Under the pieces are notes generated by a model that saw nothing but the letters and a program-made list of their open reading frames with translations, was not told the origin of the DNA and did no database searches. From the NCBI GenBank assembly GCA_024235415.1, contig JACKML010000010.1:5210-69209 (forward strand): a stretch of 64,000 bases of DNA, written 5' to 3'. A program made the position numbers and the translations under genes. Numbering within the stretch: the stretch's first letter is position 1; each line of letters starts with the position of its first letter. This document shows positions 24,356-35,704 of the stretch, piece after piece. The stretch comes from Chromatiaceae bacterium (GTDB taxonomy: Bacteria > Pseudomonadota > Gammaproteobacteria > Chromatiales > Chromatiaceae).

Positions 24356-25186
24356 GTGCTGCGCTGGCCCGCACTGGTGCTGCTGGCAGCAGTGAGTGTC
24401 GCGCAGGCCACGGACGGCGAGTATCTTTTGAACGCCGCCGGCTGCGTGGCGTGCCATACCGCTGAAGGTGGCCGCCCGCTGGCCGGCGGGCGCGCATTCG
24501 TGACACCCTACGGCACCTTCTATTCACCGAATATCACGCCGGACCGCGAAACCGGCATCGGTACCTGGAGCCGCGCGCAGTTTGTTGCGGCGCTGAAGCA
24601 TGGTACCTCACCGGACGGCGTCGCCTACTTCCCGGTGTTTCCCTATACCTCATACCGGCTGATGAGCGATCAGGACGCCGGTGCGATCCACGACCACCTG
24701 CAGTCGCTCGAGCCATATCAGCAACAGAACCGGGAACACGACCTGGCATGGTGGCTCGGTCGCTGGATGATGAAACTCTGGCAGTGGTGGAACCTCGACC
24801 CACTGGTACCGATGCCCGTCACGAAAGATCCGATGATCAATCGCGGTCGTTACCTGGTGGACGCCCTCGGCCACTGTGGCGAGTGTCACACGCCGCGCAA
24901 CTGGTCAGGTGTGATGGTACGCCAGAGTCACTATCTCGCCGGCAGCAAACAGGGGCCGGACGGCGATGCCGTGCCCAACATCACCACTGATCGCAGCAAT
25001 GGCATCGGCAAATGGGATGCCGACGACCTGCAGTATTTCCTTGAAACCGGCGCACTGCCCAACGGCGACTACGCCGGTGGACTGATGACCGACGTGATCG
25101 ACAACAGCACCTCGAAGCTGACCGCAGCAGACCGCAAGGCGATGGCGGCCTACCTCAAGACAGTCCCGGCTGTCGCCACGCCCTAG
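24356..25186 (+). CDS. Diheme cytochrome c
   Basis: CVACH and CGECHTPR hemes, PNITPD.ETGIG.WS, and PVFPYTSY. Confidence 0.9.
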   Translation: MLRWPALVLLAAVSVAQATDGEYLLNAAGCVACHTAEGGRPLAGGRAFVTPYGTFYSPNITPDRETGIGTWSRAQFVAALKHGTSPDGVAYFPVFPYTSYRLMSDQDAGAIHDHLQSLEPYQQQNREHDLAWWLGRWMMKLWQWWNLDPLVPMPVTKDPMINRGRYLVDALGHCGECHTPRNWSGVMVRQSHYLAGSKQGPDGDAVPNITTDRSNGIGKWDADDLQYFLETGALPNGDYAGGLMTDVIDNSTSKLTAADRKAMAAYLKTVPAVATP

Positions 25187-25294
25187 CACCGGACGGGGAT
25201 CCGCGTACACCGCAAACCCTGCGGCCGCATTTCTCTCCTATAGTTTTGCCATGGCAAGACCGCTATGCATATAGGGAGATCGTGGTGGTGAGCA

Positions 25295-26221
25295 ATGGCT
25301 GAACAGTTACAGTGTTTTGATCAGGTCCACATCGATGTGGCCAGAAACTCCACCGACGACTTCAATCCGTTCCACGATCCGCGGCGTTGGCAGAACATCC
25401 AGGAGAACCCGTTCGGGTCACCGATCGCGCTGGGTTTTCAGATGGAGTTCCTGGCCGCCGACCGCGTGGCAAGGCATCGGCGGGCAAAGGGCGAGGACGC
25501 GCTGATCGCCCAGCATGCACTGCATTTCAGCAATTATGAATTTCACTTCGCAGATGCCCTGCGTGTCGGCGAAGATTTTTCGGTGACCGTCAAGAACACA
25601 ATCGACAAGTCGGCGCAGGGCGGCGGCCTGTCCAACCGCATCGTGTTGCGTAAAGCGGCGGGCGACCTGGTACTTATGGGGACGCAGAGCGAGACTGCCG
25701 AGCCGCGTTTCCTGCCCGATGCGGTGATCGAGGGACTGCCTTCACTGGAACACCTGCCCGACCGGATCATGGCCCCGGGCACCCCCTACTTCAGGAAGCG
25801 CAAATTCCTCAACACCAGCAACGGCAAAAACTTCGCCGTCGGTGCACTCTGTGACCAGCACGACTATTTCGACGAGCTCAGCGAACGCGTGGACTTTCCA
25901 CCGCTGTTCACGGCCTCGATGGTGTCTTGTGCCCTGCTCGAAAAGGGCTGGGCGCATGGCCATGATTTCGAGGCCGACGCCCTCGTCTATACCAGCCACC
26001 AGATCTCGGTCGACAACCGTCTGCAACGCAAACTGCGCAGCAACGACATGCTGAATATCCTGGTCGAGGGCCCGCTGGCCCCGCCACCACCGAAAGGCCT
26101 GGGTTGCGCCTCGGTACAGCAACAGCTGTATCGCTGCCTGGGCGTATTGCACGGTCGCCAGATACTGTTTCGCGCCAACGTACAACTGGCACCACTGCGC
26201 AGCTTCCTCGGCAAGCACTGA
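25295..26221 (+). CDS. Hypothetical protein, possible double-hotdog (MaoC-like) fold
   Basis: STDDFNPFHD...PIALG resembles the MaoC hydratase motif DxNPxH...PIAHG. Confidence 0.55.
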   Translation: MAEQLQCFDQVHIDVARNSTDDFNPFHDPRRWQNIQENPFGSPIALGFQMEFLAADRVARHRRAKGEDALIAQHALHFSNYEFHFADALRVGEDFSVTVKNTIDKSAQGGGLSNRIVLRKAAGDLVLMGTQSETAEPRFLPDAVIEGLPSLEHLPDRIMAPGTPYFRKRKFLNTSNGKNFAVGALCDQHDYFDELSERVDFPPLFTASMVSCALLEKGWAHGHDFEADALVYTSHQISVDNRLQRKLRSNDMLNILVEGPLAPPPPKGLGCASVQQQLYRCLGVLHGRQILFRANVQLAPLRSFLGKH

Positions 26222-26314
26222 TCCGGCGGCGCGCTGCCGCAGCGTAGCCGGGCTGTCTCGAGGCCCTGCTTCAGGCTCAGATCGACAGTGGCCACGTGTT
26301 GATCCCGTCCAATG

Positions 26315-26343
26315 AAAAACCCCCGCCGAGGCGGGGGCTTCTT
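26315..26343. terminator. Bidirectional terminator between convergent genes
   Basis: AAAAA-CCCCCGCC-GA-GGCGGGGG-CTTCTT. Confidence 0.75.
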
Positions 26344-26365
26344 GTGCGATACAGGATGTCGTCGA

Positions 26366-27457
26366 TCAGTTGTTCTGGATCACGATATTCGGGAACTTGG
26401 ACGCATAGCTCTTGGCCTGACGGGCCAGCTTGGCGGCTGCCTTACGTGCGATCTCGCGGTACACCATCGCCGGGCGTGACTCCGGTTCGGCGACCACCGT
26501 CGGCTTGCCCGAGTCGGTCTCCTCGCGGATGCGGGTCTCCAGTGGCAGGGCGCCGAGGAAACGTACGCCATACTGCTCGGCCATCCGGCTGCCGCCGCCC
26601 TCGCCGAAGATGTGCTCTTCGTGGCCGCACTTCGAACAGATGTGGGTCGACATGTTCTCGACGATGCCGAGAATCGGCACCTCGACCTTCTCGAACATCT
26701 TGAAACCCTTGCGCGCGTCCAGCAGGGCGATGTCCTGCGGCGTGGTGACGATGATCGCGCCCGACACCGGCACCTTCTGCGCCAGCGTCAACTGGGTGTC
26801 ACCGGTGCCCGGCGGCAGGTCGATCACCAGGTAGTCCAGGTCGGTCCAGTTGGTGTCGTTCAGCAACTGCTCCAGGGCCTGGGTGACCATCGGGCCACGC
26901 CAGATCATCGGCGTTTCCTCGTCGATCAGGAAACCGATCGACATCGCCTGCAGGTGATAGCTCATCATCGGCTCGAGGGTGTTGCCGTCCTTCGATTCGG
27001 GCTTGCCCGAGATGCCGAGCATGCGCGGCTGCGACGGACCGTAGATATCCGCGTCCAGGATCCCGACGCGCGCGCCTTCGACCGACAGCGCCAGTGCCAG
27101 GTTGACCGCGGTGGTCGACTTGCCGACACCACCCTTTCCGGAGGCGACGGCGATGATGTTCTTGACGTTGTCGATTGGCTTGAGCGACTTCTGCACCGAG
27201 TGCGCGACCACCTTACTCGATACCTTGACCTCGCAGCTGCTGACGCCATCGACGGCCTCGACCGCGGACTTGACCGCCGCCGCGATGATGTCGAACACAC
27301 CCTTGGCCGGAAAACCGAGCACGATATCGACGCTGACCTTGCCACCGTCGATGGCCACGTCCTTAACCGACTTGACGCTGACCAGGTCGGTCTCGAGGTG
27401 GGGTTCGATGTAGCCTTTGATGGCTGCTTCGACGGATTCGCGGGTTACTTCGGCCAT
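26366..27457 (-). CDS. apbC: Iron-sulfur cluster carrier protein ApbC (Mrp)
   Basis: ASGKGGVGKST, DADIYGPS, WRGPM, DLPPGTGD, and CSKCGH. Confidence 0.96.
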   Translation of the reverse strand: MAEVTRESVEAAIKGYIEPHLETDLVSVKSVKDVAIDGGKVSVDIVLGFPAKGVFDIIAAAVKSAVEAVDGVSSCEVKVSSKVVAHSVQKSLKPIDNVKNIIAVASGKGGVGKSTTAVNLALALSVEGARVGILDADIYGPSQPRMLGISGKPESKDGNTLEPMMSYHLQAMSIGFLIDEETPMIWRGPMVTQALEQLLNDTNWTDLDYLVIDLPPGTGDTQLTLAQKVPVSGAIIVTTPQDIALLDARKGFKMFEKVEVPILGIVENMSTHICSKCGHEEHIFGEGGGSRMAEQYGVRFLGALPLETRIREETDSGKPTVVAEPESRPAMVYREIARKAAAKLARQAKSYASKFPNIVIQNN

Positions 27458-27737
27458 TTCCTGAACTCCTGGTGCCGTGCGCCGGCGGGCTTGCCGATCG
27501 CGCGATACATGATGTGAAACGAATAGCGGCGGGATTCTACACCAGCCCCGGCCCATTCCCAACCAAAACGGTCGGACTTTACCCGGGCGCCATTTCTGGC
27601 GCCGCCATGCCAAAGATGCAGTCTTTGGACGCCGTGATAAACCGGGAGAGTCTGGGGAAACCGTCCCGGCAACCCACCGGGACGCCGCCGTTGTGGGATA
27701 ATGCGCGCCCATTCCCCCGGCCGAACCAGCGATTTCG

Positions 27738-29783
27738 ATGAGCACCGACCCGCGCAAGATCCTGATCACCAGTGCCCTGCCGTACGCCAACGGCTCGATC
27801 CACCTGGGCCACCTGGTGGAGTACATCCAGACGGATATCTGGAGTCGCTTCCAGAAGATGCGGGGGCACGAGTGCTATTACGTCTGTGCGGACGACGCCC
27901 ACGGCACACCAATCATGCTGCGCGCGCGCGCCGAGGGCATCGAGCCGGAGCAACTGATCGCGCGCGTCTGGCAGGAGCACACCGAGGACTTCGCCGGTTT
28001 CGCGATCGGCTTCGACAATTACCACTCGACGCATTCGGAAGAAAACCGCGTCTGCGCGACCACTATCTACGAACGCAACCGCGACGCCGGCCACATCGCA
28101 CGGCGCACCATCTCACAGGCGTACGACCCCGAGGCGGGGATGTTTCTGCCGGACCGCTTCATCAAGGGCACCTGTCCCAAGTGCGGTGCCGAAGACCAGT
28201 ACGGGGACAACTGCGAGGTATGCGGCGCGACCTATGCACCGACCGAATTGAAGAACCCGGTCTCGGCCGTGTCTGGCGCGACGCCAATCGAAAAGGATTC
28301 CGAACACCTGTTCTTCAAACTGGGCAATTTCGAAAAGATCCTCAAGGACTGGCACAAGGCCGGCCACGTGCAGGCAGAGGTGGCAAACAAACTCAACGAG
28401 TGGTTCGAGTCGGGACTGAACGACTGGGACATCTCACGCGATGCGCCCTACTTTGGATTCGAGATTCCGGATGCACCCGGCAAGTACTTCTATGTATGGC
28501 TGGATGCACCGATAGGCTACATGGCCAGCTTCCGCAACTTCTGCGACAGGACCGGGATTGATTTCGACACCTTCTGGAAGGCAGATTCGAGCGCCGAGCT
28601 GTACCATTTCATCGGCAAGGACATCATCTACTTCCACGCGCTGTTTTGGCCGGCGATGCTGCATGGCGCCGGTTTCCGCAAGCCCAGCGGGGTTTACGCA
28701 CACGGCTTCCTGACCGTCGACGGCGCCAAGATGTCGAAGTCGCGCGGCACCTTCATCAAGGCGCACACCTACCTCAAGCACCTGGACCCGGAATACCTGC
28801 GCTACTACTTCGCGGCCAAGCTGAGTTCGCGGGTGGACGACCTCGACCTCAATCTCGAGGACTTCACCAACCGGGTCAACGCCGACCTGGTAGGCAAAGT
28901 GGTCAACATCGCCAGCCGTTGCGCCGGCTTCATCAGCAAGCGCTTCGACGGCAAGTTGTCGGGCAGCCTGGATCAGCCGGAGCTGTTCGCCACCTTCACC
29001 AGGGCCGGCGACGAGATTGCCGAGCTGTACGAGAAGCGCGAATTCGGCCGCGCGGTGCGCGAGATCATGGCGCTGGCCGATCTGGCCAACCAGTACATCG
29101 ACGAGAAGGCGCCCTGGGTGGTGGCCAAGCAGGAGGGTCGCGACGCCGAGCTGCACGCGATCTGCTCGATGGGGATCAACCTGTTCCGCGTACTGATCGG
29201 CTACCTCAAGCCGGTGCTGCCGGTGATGGCGGCCAAGACAGAGGATTTCCTGCACATCGCACCGATGACCTGGGACGCGCAGCGCGAACCGCTGCTCGAT
29301 CACGCGATCGACAAGTTCAAGCCGCTGATGACGCGGGTCGAGAAGGACAGGATCAACGCAATGATCCAGGACTCGAAAGAAGACCTGGCGAGCGAGCCGA
29401 AGTCACCGGCGAAGACCGCCGCGGCGGACTCGCCCCTGCTCAAGGACCCGATCGCGCCGACCGTCGATTTCGCTGATTTTGCCAAGGTCGACCTGCGCGT
29501 GGTGCGCATCGCCAGGGCCGAACACGTCGAGGGTGCCGACAAACTGCTGCGCCTGACGCTGGACCTCGGTGGCGAGACACGCAACGTATTTGCCGGCATC
29601 AAGTCCGCCTATGCGCCGGCAGACCTCGAAGGCAAGCTGACCGTAATGGTCGCCAACCTGGCACCGCGCACGATGAAGTTCGGGGTGTCCGAGGGCATGG
29701 TGCTGGCGGCCGGCCCCGGCGGCAAAGAGCTGTTCGTGCTCAGTCCCGACGACGGCGCGCAGCCGGGGATGAAGATCAAGTAA
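27738..29783 (+). CDS. metG: Methionine--tRNA ligase
   Basis: [13 protein letters not shown], Zn knuckle, KMSKS, and C-terminal tRNA-binding domain. Confidence 0.98.
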   Translation: MSTDPRKILITSALPYANGSIHLGHLVEYIQTDIWSRFQKMRGHECYYVCADDAHGTPIMLRARAEGIEPEQLIARVWQEHTEDFAGFAIGFDNYHSTHSEENRVCATTIYERNRDAGHIARRTISQAYDPEAGMFLPDRFIKGTCPKCGAEDQYGDNCEVCGATYAPTELKNPVSAVSGATPIEKDSEHLFFKLGNFEKILKDWHKAGHVQAEVANKLNEWFESGLNDWDISRDAPYFGFEIPDAPGKYFYVWLDAPIGYMASFRNFCDRTGIDFDTFWKADSSAELYHFIGKDIIYFHALFWPAMLHGAGFRKPSGVYAHGFLTVDGAKMSKSRGTFIKAHTYLKHLDPEYLRYYFAAKLSSRVDDLDLNLEDFTNRVNADLVGKVVNIASRCAGFISKRFDGKLSGSLDQPELFATFTRAGDEIAELYEKREFGRAVREIMALADLANQYIDEKAPWVVAKQEGRDAELHAICSMGINLFRVLIGYLKPVLPVMAAKTEDFLHIAPMTWDAQREPLLDHAIDKFKPLMTRVEKDRINAMIQDSKEDLASEPKSPAKTAAADSPLLKDPIAPTVDFADFAKVDLRVVRIARAEHVEGADKLLRLTLDLGGETRNVFAGIKSAYAPADLEGKLTVMVANLAPRTMKFGVSEGMVLAAGPGGKELFVLSPDDGAQPGMKIK

Positions 29784-29869
29784 TAACGCCGTCAGGACCT
29801 TTCCCGCAGGTCCTTCGCCACAGGGACAGGAACGCCGGAAAACCCCGGCGACCACCCGGTGATTTCACG

Positions 29870-30721
29870 CTAGACCTGCACCGCGATCAACAGCAGCGAC
29901 GCCGCCAGCAGCGTCGCCCAGGTCAGGCGCTGTGCCGCATGCTCACGTTCGTGAAACACCAGCACCGACAGCAGCGCCGCCACGACGATGCCAAGGTTGC
30001 TCAGCGCCACTGCGTAGGCGGCCGGTATCACACGCATAGCGCCGATCACCAGGCCGTAGCCGGTGCCGATGAACAATGCGCCGATCAGCAATGGCACCAT
30101 CCCCGGATGCCCGTCCGGCCACCACTGGCCGCGCGCGCGGCGCAGCCACAGCGTGTACAAGACCCAGGCCCCGGTATAGGTGGCTGACACATAGCCGAGT
30201 TGCGCCGGGTAACCGGGCAACTGGGCCACCGCCACCTTGTCCGCCAGCGAATAGACCGTGGTGCCACAGGCCGCCAGTGCCGCCGGCAGCAGTGCCCCAC
30301 GCGTCTCACCATGTCGACCACTGGCACCGAGCATCACGATCGCGAATGTACTCGCGATGATCCCGGTCCAACCGAGCACAGACAGCCGGTCGCCGACAAA
30401 CACCACACCCACCAACGCGATCAACAGTGGCGCGCTGCGCGCCAGCGGATAGACCAGAGCGACCGGCGCACGGCGATATGCGGTGCGCAACGCGGCGAAG
30501 TACACGAACAACGCCACGGACGACACCGTGACACAGCCGACCAGCGTCACGGTATCAGTGGCCTCGCGCGCCATGGCCGGCAACGTCCAGGGGGCGAACA
30601 GCAGCAGGTGCCCGCCGACCGCCCACCACAGAAACTCCGCGTCGGGCCGCGTATGCCGCGCGAACAGGTTCCATGTCACGTGCATCGCGACAGCGATAAG
30701 AATGGCAACGAGAGGCGACAT
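29870..30721 (-). CDS. EamA/DMT family transporter
   Basis: MHVTWNL and AYRRAPVALVYPLARSAP, with about 10 TM segments. Confidence 0.85.
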   Translation of the reverse strand: MSPLVAILIAVAMHVTWNLFARHTRPDAEFLWWAVGGHLLLFAPWTLPAMAREATDTVTLVGCVTVSSVALFVYFAALRTAYRRAPVALVYPLARSAPLLIALVGVVFVGDRLSVLGWTGIIASTFAIVMLGASGRHGETRGALLPAALAACGTTVYSLADKVAVAQLPGYPAQLGYVSATYTGAWVLYTLWLRRARGQWWPDGHPGMVPLLIGALFIGTGYGLVIGAMRVIPAAYAVALSNLGIVVAALLSVLVFHEREHAAQRLTWATLLAASLLLIAVQV

Positions 30722-30792
30722 ACTGGCGCTATGCCGGCATGACGGACCGGCCAACACCGGCCGCACCACCCGCATGCGACGCCGGATGAATG

Positions 30793-31674
30793 CTAGTCAC
30801 TTCGCACCTGGCGCTGCCCCTCAGGTATGGCCGCACGGCCTGCGGCGTCCTGCATCCAGTCATTGAAAGCTGCCGGCAGCGGCGTGGCCTGTCCATTTTC
30901 GTGCCAGCCCTGCTGACGCGCCGTTGCGGTGATCGTCTGCAGCCGATCCAGGTCGAGCGGATGACTGCTGAAAAAGGCGGGCATCTCACCGCCGCCCGAT
31001 CTCTCGCGTTCGGCACGCAGGATATTGAACAGCTCCGCCGCGCCACCGATGTGGCCGTACCGCTGGTGCACTGCACGCAGTGCCGCGGCGTCGGCCGCGC
31101 GTTCCATGCCACGGCTGTAGTGCAACTGGGTGTAGATTCCGGCACTGCCCAGCACCGCCAGGTCGGGGCTGCCGAGTAACAGACCAGTCACCAACCGAAT
31201 CGCCGCGCCCCGCCCGATACCGACGATGGGGTCGCGATGCAGCACATGGGCGATCTCGTGTGCCAGCAGCATCGACAGTGCGTTCTCGTGCGGCAGCGCC
31301 TCGACCAGGCCACGAAACAGCAGGATATTGCCACCAAGGGTCGCGAACGCATTGAAGGTGTCGTTGCCGCTGAAATGCACCCTGACCTGCATGCCTTCGG
31401 GCAGATCCATATCCTGCCCAAGACGAGCTGCCAGACGGTCGAGGTAGGCCTGCAGTTCGGGGCCGGCATCACTGCTGAGCAGTTCCTTCGGCACCAGCGC
31501 CATTTCTTTTTCGAACGGCAGCAGGCCTGCCAGGCTGCCGGCGACCTGCCCCATCAGCCAGCCCAGGGCCACGATCAGCAGCACGGCGCCTCCGGCCAGG
31601 GTCGCGAACTCCTTCAGGGGATGGCGGTCGCTGGTGTTGATACCCTCGGGAATCTGCGGATTACGGTACTTCAC
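30793..31674 (-). CDS. M48 family metallopeptidase
   Basis: NAFATLGG, LAHEIAH (HExxH), YSRGMERAAD, and SSHP. Confidence 0.9.
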   Translation of the reverse strand: MKYRNPQIPEGINTSDRHPLKEFATLAGGAVLLIVALGWLMGQVAGSLAGLLPFEKEMALVPKELLSSDAGPELQAYLDRLAARLGQDMDLPEGMQVRVHFSGNDTFNAFATLGGNILLFRGLVEALPHENALSMLLAHEIAHVLHRDPIVGIGRGAAIRLVTGLLLGSPDLAVLGSAGIYTQLHYSRGMERAADAAALRAVHQRYGHIGGAAELFNILRAERERSGGGEMPAFFSSHPLDLDRLQTITATARQQGWHENGQATPLPAAFNDWMQDAAGRAAIPEGQRQVRSD

Positions 31675-32123
31675 CGGCTTGGCGTCGGGATCAGCGCGGT
31701 GCCGTAGGCCAGCACCTCGACACTGCCGATGGTCTTGCCGGCACCCTTCGAGATCGAGGCAGTCTCGTATTTCACGTTGAACACCATCACCGCACCCAGG
31801 GTCCTGGCCTGCTGTTTCATGCGCAACAGCGATTCGCGGCGGGCGCGGTCGAGCAACGACTCGTACGAGGTGACGCGACCACCGAAAAGATTGCGCAGCG
31901 CGGCCAGGAAGCGCTTGAAGTAATCGACCGAGACAACCGTGCTGCCGGTCACCAGGGCATGCTGATAATGCGGTTCTGCCGGCGGATAGCGCGAAGCGAT
32001 GGCGGGCAGTGCATTGAGTCGCGCCTCGCGCTCGACGATCGAGCGGTAGTGACGGCGTTCGGCGTACTGCCCAAAGCCGTAGCCGAGGGCCAGCAGGACA
32101 AGCAGCAGGAGCAGGTCGTACAT
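31671..32123 (-). CDS. YbjQ/heavy-metal-binding domain protein with N-terminal TM
   Basis: SVDYFKRFLAALRNLFGGRVTSYESLLDRARRE and EVLAYGTA. Confidence 0.85.
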   Translation of the reverse strand: MYDLLLLLVLLALGYGFGQYAERRHYRSIVEREARLNALPAIASRYPPAEPHYQHALVTGSTVVSVDYFKRFLAALRNLFGGRVTSYESLLDRARRESLLRMKQQARTLGAVMVFNVKYETASISKGAGKTIGSVEVLAYGTALIPTPSR

Positions 32124-32126
32124 GGC

Positions 32127-32441
32127 CTACTCCAGCACAACCGCCGTGCCGTAGACGTAGATCTCCGCCGCACCCTGGGCCACGCTGGAAGTGGAAAAAC
32201 GCACGTTCAATATTGCATTGGCACCGACCGCCTCGGCCTGCTGCTGCATCCGCAGCATGGCCTCCTCACGCGACTCCTGCAGCAGCTCGGTATAGCCCTT
32301 GAGCTCGCCGCCAAAGATGTTCTTCAGGCCGGCCATGATGTCGCGGCCGACGTGCTTGGCACGCACCGAACTCCCCTGTACCAGGCCCAGGTGCTCGACC
32401 ACTCGACGCCCCGGGAGCAACTCCATATTGCTGATCAACAT
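32127..32441 (-). CDS. YbjQ (UPF0145) family protein
   Basis: AKHVGRDIMAGLKNIFGGELKGYTELL and YVYGTAV. Confidence 0.9.
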   Translation of the reverse strand: MLISNMELLPGRRVVEHLGLVQGSSVRAKHVGRDIMAGLKNIFGGELKGYTELLQESREEAMLRMQQQAEAVGANAILNVRFSTSSVAQGAAEIYVYGTAVVLE

Positions 32442-32985
32442 GACTTAAGTGTCCTCGATATCCAAGTAGCGACAGATCGGCCGATATTAGCAGTACGGCC
32501 ATTCCGATATCGGCCGGCCAGGCAGTCGTGTGCGGCAGCGGGTCTGGCGCCCGGTAGCGCGGCAGCTGCATGCTGAACAACCCGCCGACGTCGACCCAGA
32601 CGGCATGCTGGCGAAAACCGGCGCGCACCGTCAGCGCGGCGAACCCGTCGAACGTGTCCTTTCAGGCGTTCCCGGTGTGGATGCCACCGGCGGTCCTCCT
32701 TGCCGCCTGGCCGAACGCGGCGGACACCGGTCCTGAAAACGGCCGGGTAATCCATGGTTTCCCGAAACGGCCCGGCCATGACGGCCGGGTCTGGACGCAA
32801 TAAGACGCTCTGAGCAGGGTTTTCGGTGCATCACCGGCCCGACATCGGGGCGCGACATTGATAGACTAGCGCATTCGAAAAAGTCGACCCGCGGTTTGCG
32901 CAAACGCAAAGCGCATCAGGCCGGCGATAGGTTAAACAGGCACTCGATCGCGACGCGGCGCCGATTCGGTGGACACACGGGCTCA

Positions 32986-33567
32986 ATGACGGAATACGCA
33001 CTCATCCTGGTCAGCACGGTTCTGGTCAACAACTTCGTCCTGGTGAAGTTCCTTGGCCTGTGCCCGTTCATGGGGGTGTCGCGCAAGCTCGAAACCGCGA
33101 TGGGCATGGGCCTGGCGACCACCTTCGTGCTGACCCTGTCGTCGATCTGCAGTTACCTCGTCAACGAGTACATCCTGATGCCGCTGGGCGTCGAGTACCT
33201 TCGCACCATCGCATTCATACTGGTGATCGCCGTGGTCGTGCAGTTCACCGAGATGGTGATGCACAAGACCAGTCCACTGCTCTACCAGGTACTCGGGATC
33301 TTCCTGCCGTTGATCACCACCAACTGCGCGGTGCTCGGTGTCGCACTGCTCAACATCCAGGAACAGCACGGCTTCGTCGAATCCGGCCTGTACGGCTTCG
33401 GCGCGGCGGTCGGTTTCTCGCTGGTGCTGGTGCTGTTCGCCGCGGTGCGCGAGCGCGTCGCGGTGGCCGATGTACCAGAACCCTTCCAGGGCAACGCAAT
33501 CGCACTGGTGACTGCCGGTCTGATGTCGATGGCCTTCATGGGCTTCGCCGGGCTGGTCAGCGGGTGA
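32986..33567 (+). CDS. rsxA: Electron transport complex subunit RsxA/RnfA
   Basis: [17 protein letters not shown] and [12 protein letters not shown]. Confidence 0.96.
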   Translation: MTEYALILVSTVLVNNFVLVKFLGLCPFMGVSRKLETAMGMGLATTFVLTLSSICSYLVNEYILMPLGVEYLRTIAFILVIAVVVQFTEMVMHKTSPLLYQVLGIFLPLITTNCAVLGVALLNIQEQHGFVESGLYGFGAAVGFSLVLVLFAAVRERVAVADVPEPFQGNAIALVTAGLMSMAFMGFAGLVSG

Positions 33568-33577
33568 GCCGGACCGC

Positions 33578-34135
33578 GTGATCACCGCCATCCTCACCAT
33601 CGCCGGACTGGCAACCCTGTTTGGTCTGATCCTCGGCTACTCGGCAATCCGCTTTCGCGTCGAGGGCGACCCGATCGCCGACCAGATCGATGCATTGCTG
33701 CCGCAGACCCAATGCGGCCAATGCGGCTTTGCCGGCTGCCGCCCATACGCCGAGGCCATGGCGACCGGCGAAGCCGAGATCAACCGTTGCCCGCCGGGAG
33801 GCGAGGCGACCATGATCGCGCTGGCCGAGCTGCTCGGGCGCGACCCTGTCGCGCTGGAAGACGAGGCGGCGGCAGAGAAGCCCAAGTCGGTGGCCTACAT
33901 CGTCGAAGACGAGTGCATCGGCTGCACCCTGTGTATCCAGGCCTGCCCGGTCGATGCCATCATGGGCGCGGCCAAGCAGATGCACACGGTGATCACCGAC
34001 GAGTGCACAGGTTGCGAGCTGTGCCTTCCGCCCTGCCCGGTCGAATGCATCCACATGCAGCCGCTCGGCGCCACGCCGCAGACCTGGAAATGGCCGTATC
34101 CGGCAGATACCGTCACGGAGGCCGGACATGGCTGA
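33578..34135 (+). CDS. rsxB: Electron transport complex subunit RsxB/RnfB
   Basis: [24 protein letters not shown], and CTGCELC. Confidence 0.96.
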   Translation: MITAILTIAGLATLFGLILGYSAIRFRVEGDPIADQIDALLPQTQCGQCGFAGCRPYAEAMATGEAEINRCPPGGEATMIALAELLGRDPVALEDEAAAEKPKSVAYIVEDECIGCTLCIQACPVDAIMGAAKQMHTVITDECTGCELCLPPCPVECIHMQPLGATPQTWKWPYPADTVTEAGHG

Positions 34136-35702
34136 CGCGCGCAAGGACTGGTCGTTCCACGGTGGCGTGCACCTCGATGACCACAAGGCGGAATCAACCG
34201 GACAGCCCGTGCGCAGACTGCCGATACCGGATCGGCTGACGCTGCCACTGCACCAGCATATCGGCCTGAGCGCCGAACCCGTGGTGCGCGTGGGCGACCT
34301 GGTGAAAAAAGGCCAGTTGGTGGCGCAGGCCAGCGACTATGTCAGCGCATCGATCCATGCCCCGACCTCCGGACGCGTGGTCGGGATAGGCCCGCAGGCA
34401 GTCCCGCACCCGTCAGGCCTGTACGACGCCTGTATCGTGATCGAGTCCGACGGCAAGGATGCCTGGACCGACCTGCCGGAACCCATGACCGACTACGCCA
34501 CCTTGCCCACTGCCGACCTGCGCGAACGCATCCGCTGGGCCGGCATCGTCGGGCTCGGCGGCGCCGCCTTCCCGACGGCGGTCAAGGTCAACACCAGCGG
34601 CCAGCGCCCGATCGACACCCTGGTCATCAATGCCGCTGAGTGCGAGCCCTACATCACCTGCGACGACATGCTGATGCGTGAGCAGGCGGCCGACGTGGTC
34701 GAGGGCATCGGCATCCTGCGCCATCTGGTCGGTGCCAGGCAGTGCCTGATCGGTATCGAGGACAACAAGCCGGAGGCCGCCGAAGCGTTGCGCCAGGCGC
34801 TGTCCACCAAGGCCGATACGGGGACCGAAGTCGTCGTCATCCCAACGCTTTACCCGAGTGGTGGCGAGAAGCAGCTGATCCGGCTGCTGACCGGCCGCGA
34901 GGTACCTTCGCATGGGCTGCCCGCGGCGGTCGGCGTGTTGTGCCAGAACGTCGCCACCGCGGTCGCTGTGGCCGATGCGGTGCTGCGCGGCCGGCCGCTG
35001 ATCGAGCGCGTGATCACGGTCACCGGCCGCGGTGTCCGCCAGCCCGGCAACTTCCGCGTGGCGATCGGCAGCGCCGCGGATTTCGTGATCGCGCAATCCG
35101 GCGGATACAGCGACGCGGTGCGGCAGCTGATACTCGGCGGCCCGATGATGGGCTTTGCGATGCAGCACGACCAGGTCCCGGTGACCAAGGCAACGAACTG
35201 CCTGCTCGCGGCCGCACAAGACGAGGTGCCCGCACACCCCGCGGAACGGCCGTGCATCCGCTGTGGAGAATGCGTCAAGGTGTGCCCGGCCCAGCTGCTG
35301 CCGCAGCAGATCTTCTGGCACGCCCGCGCCCACGACTTCGACAAGGCGCAGGACTACCACCTGTTTGACTGCATCGAATGCGGTTGTTGCGCCTATGTCT
35401 GCCCGGCGCACATCCCGCTGGTGCACTACTACCGTTTCGCCAAGACCGAGATCTGGGCGCAGGAACGCGAGCGCGAGAAATCGGACCTGGCACGCCGCCG
35501 CCATGAGGCGAGGGTCGCACGCATCGAGCGTCTCGAACAGGAACGCAAGGCCCGCCTGCGCCAGAAGAAAGAGGCCCTGGAGCAGAAAAGCGGCGAGTCT
35601 GCTGCCGATCCCAAAAAGGCCGCCATCGAGGCCGCGATGCGACGCGTGGCTGCGAAGAAGGCGGCGCAACCCCCCGAACCCGAGACCCCAGGCGGCGAAT
35701 AG
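34128..35702 (+). CDS. rsxC: Electron transport complex subunit RsxC/RnfC
   Basis: [26 protein letters not shown], and CIECGCC. Confidence 0.96.
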   Translation: MADARKDWSFHGGVHLDDHKAESTGQPVRRLPIPDRLTLPLHQHIGLSAEPVVRVGDLVKKGQLVAQASDYVSASIHAPTSGRVVGIGPQAVPHPSGLYDACIVIESDGKDAWTDLPEPMTDYATLPTADLRERIRWAGIVGLGGAAFPTAVKVNTSGQRPIDTLVINAAECEPYITCDDMLMREQAADVVEGIGILRHLVGARQCLIGIEDNKPEAAEALRQALSTKADTGTEVVVIPTLYPSGGEKQLIRLLTGREVPSHGLPAAVGVLCQNVATAVAVADAVLRGRPLIERVITVTGRGVRQPGNFRVAIGSAADFVIAQSGGYSDAVRQLILGGPMMGFAMQHDQVPVTKATNCLLAAAQDEVPAHPAERPCIRCGECVKVCPAQLLPQQIFWHARAHDFDKAQDYHLFDCIECGCCAYVCPAHIPLVHYYRFAKTEIWAQEREREKSDLARRRHEARVARIERLEQERKARLRQKKEALEQKSGESAADPKKAAIEAAMRRVAAKKAAQPPEPETPGGE

Positions 35703-35704
35703 TC

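Noticed and set aside
32442-32985. About 540-bp gap upstream of rsxA, possible ncRNA or FNR/sigma54 site
   Set aside because: Only a TTGAT half-site and short GC hairpins, with no convincing consensus or ORF.
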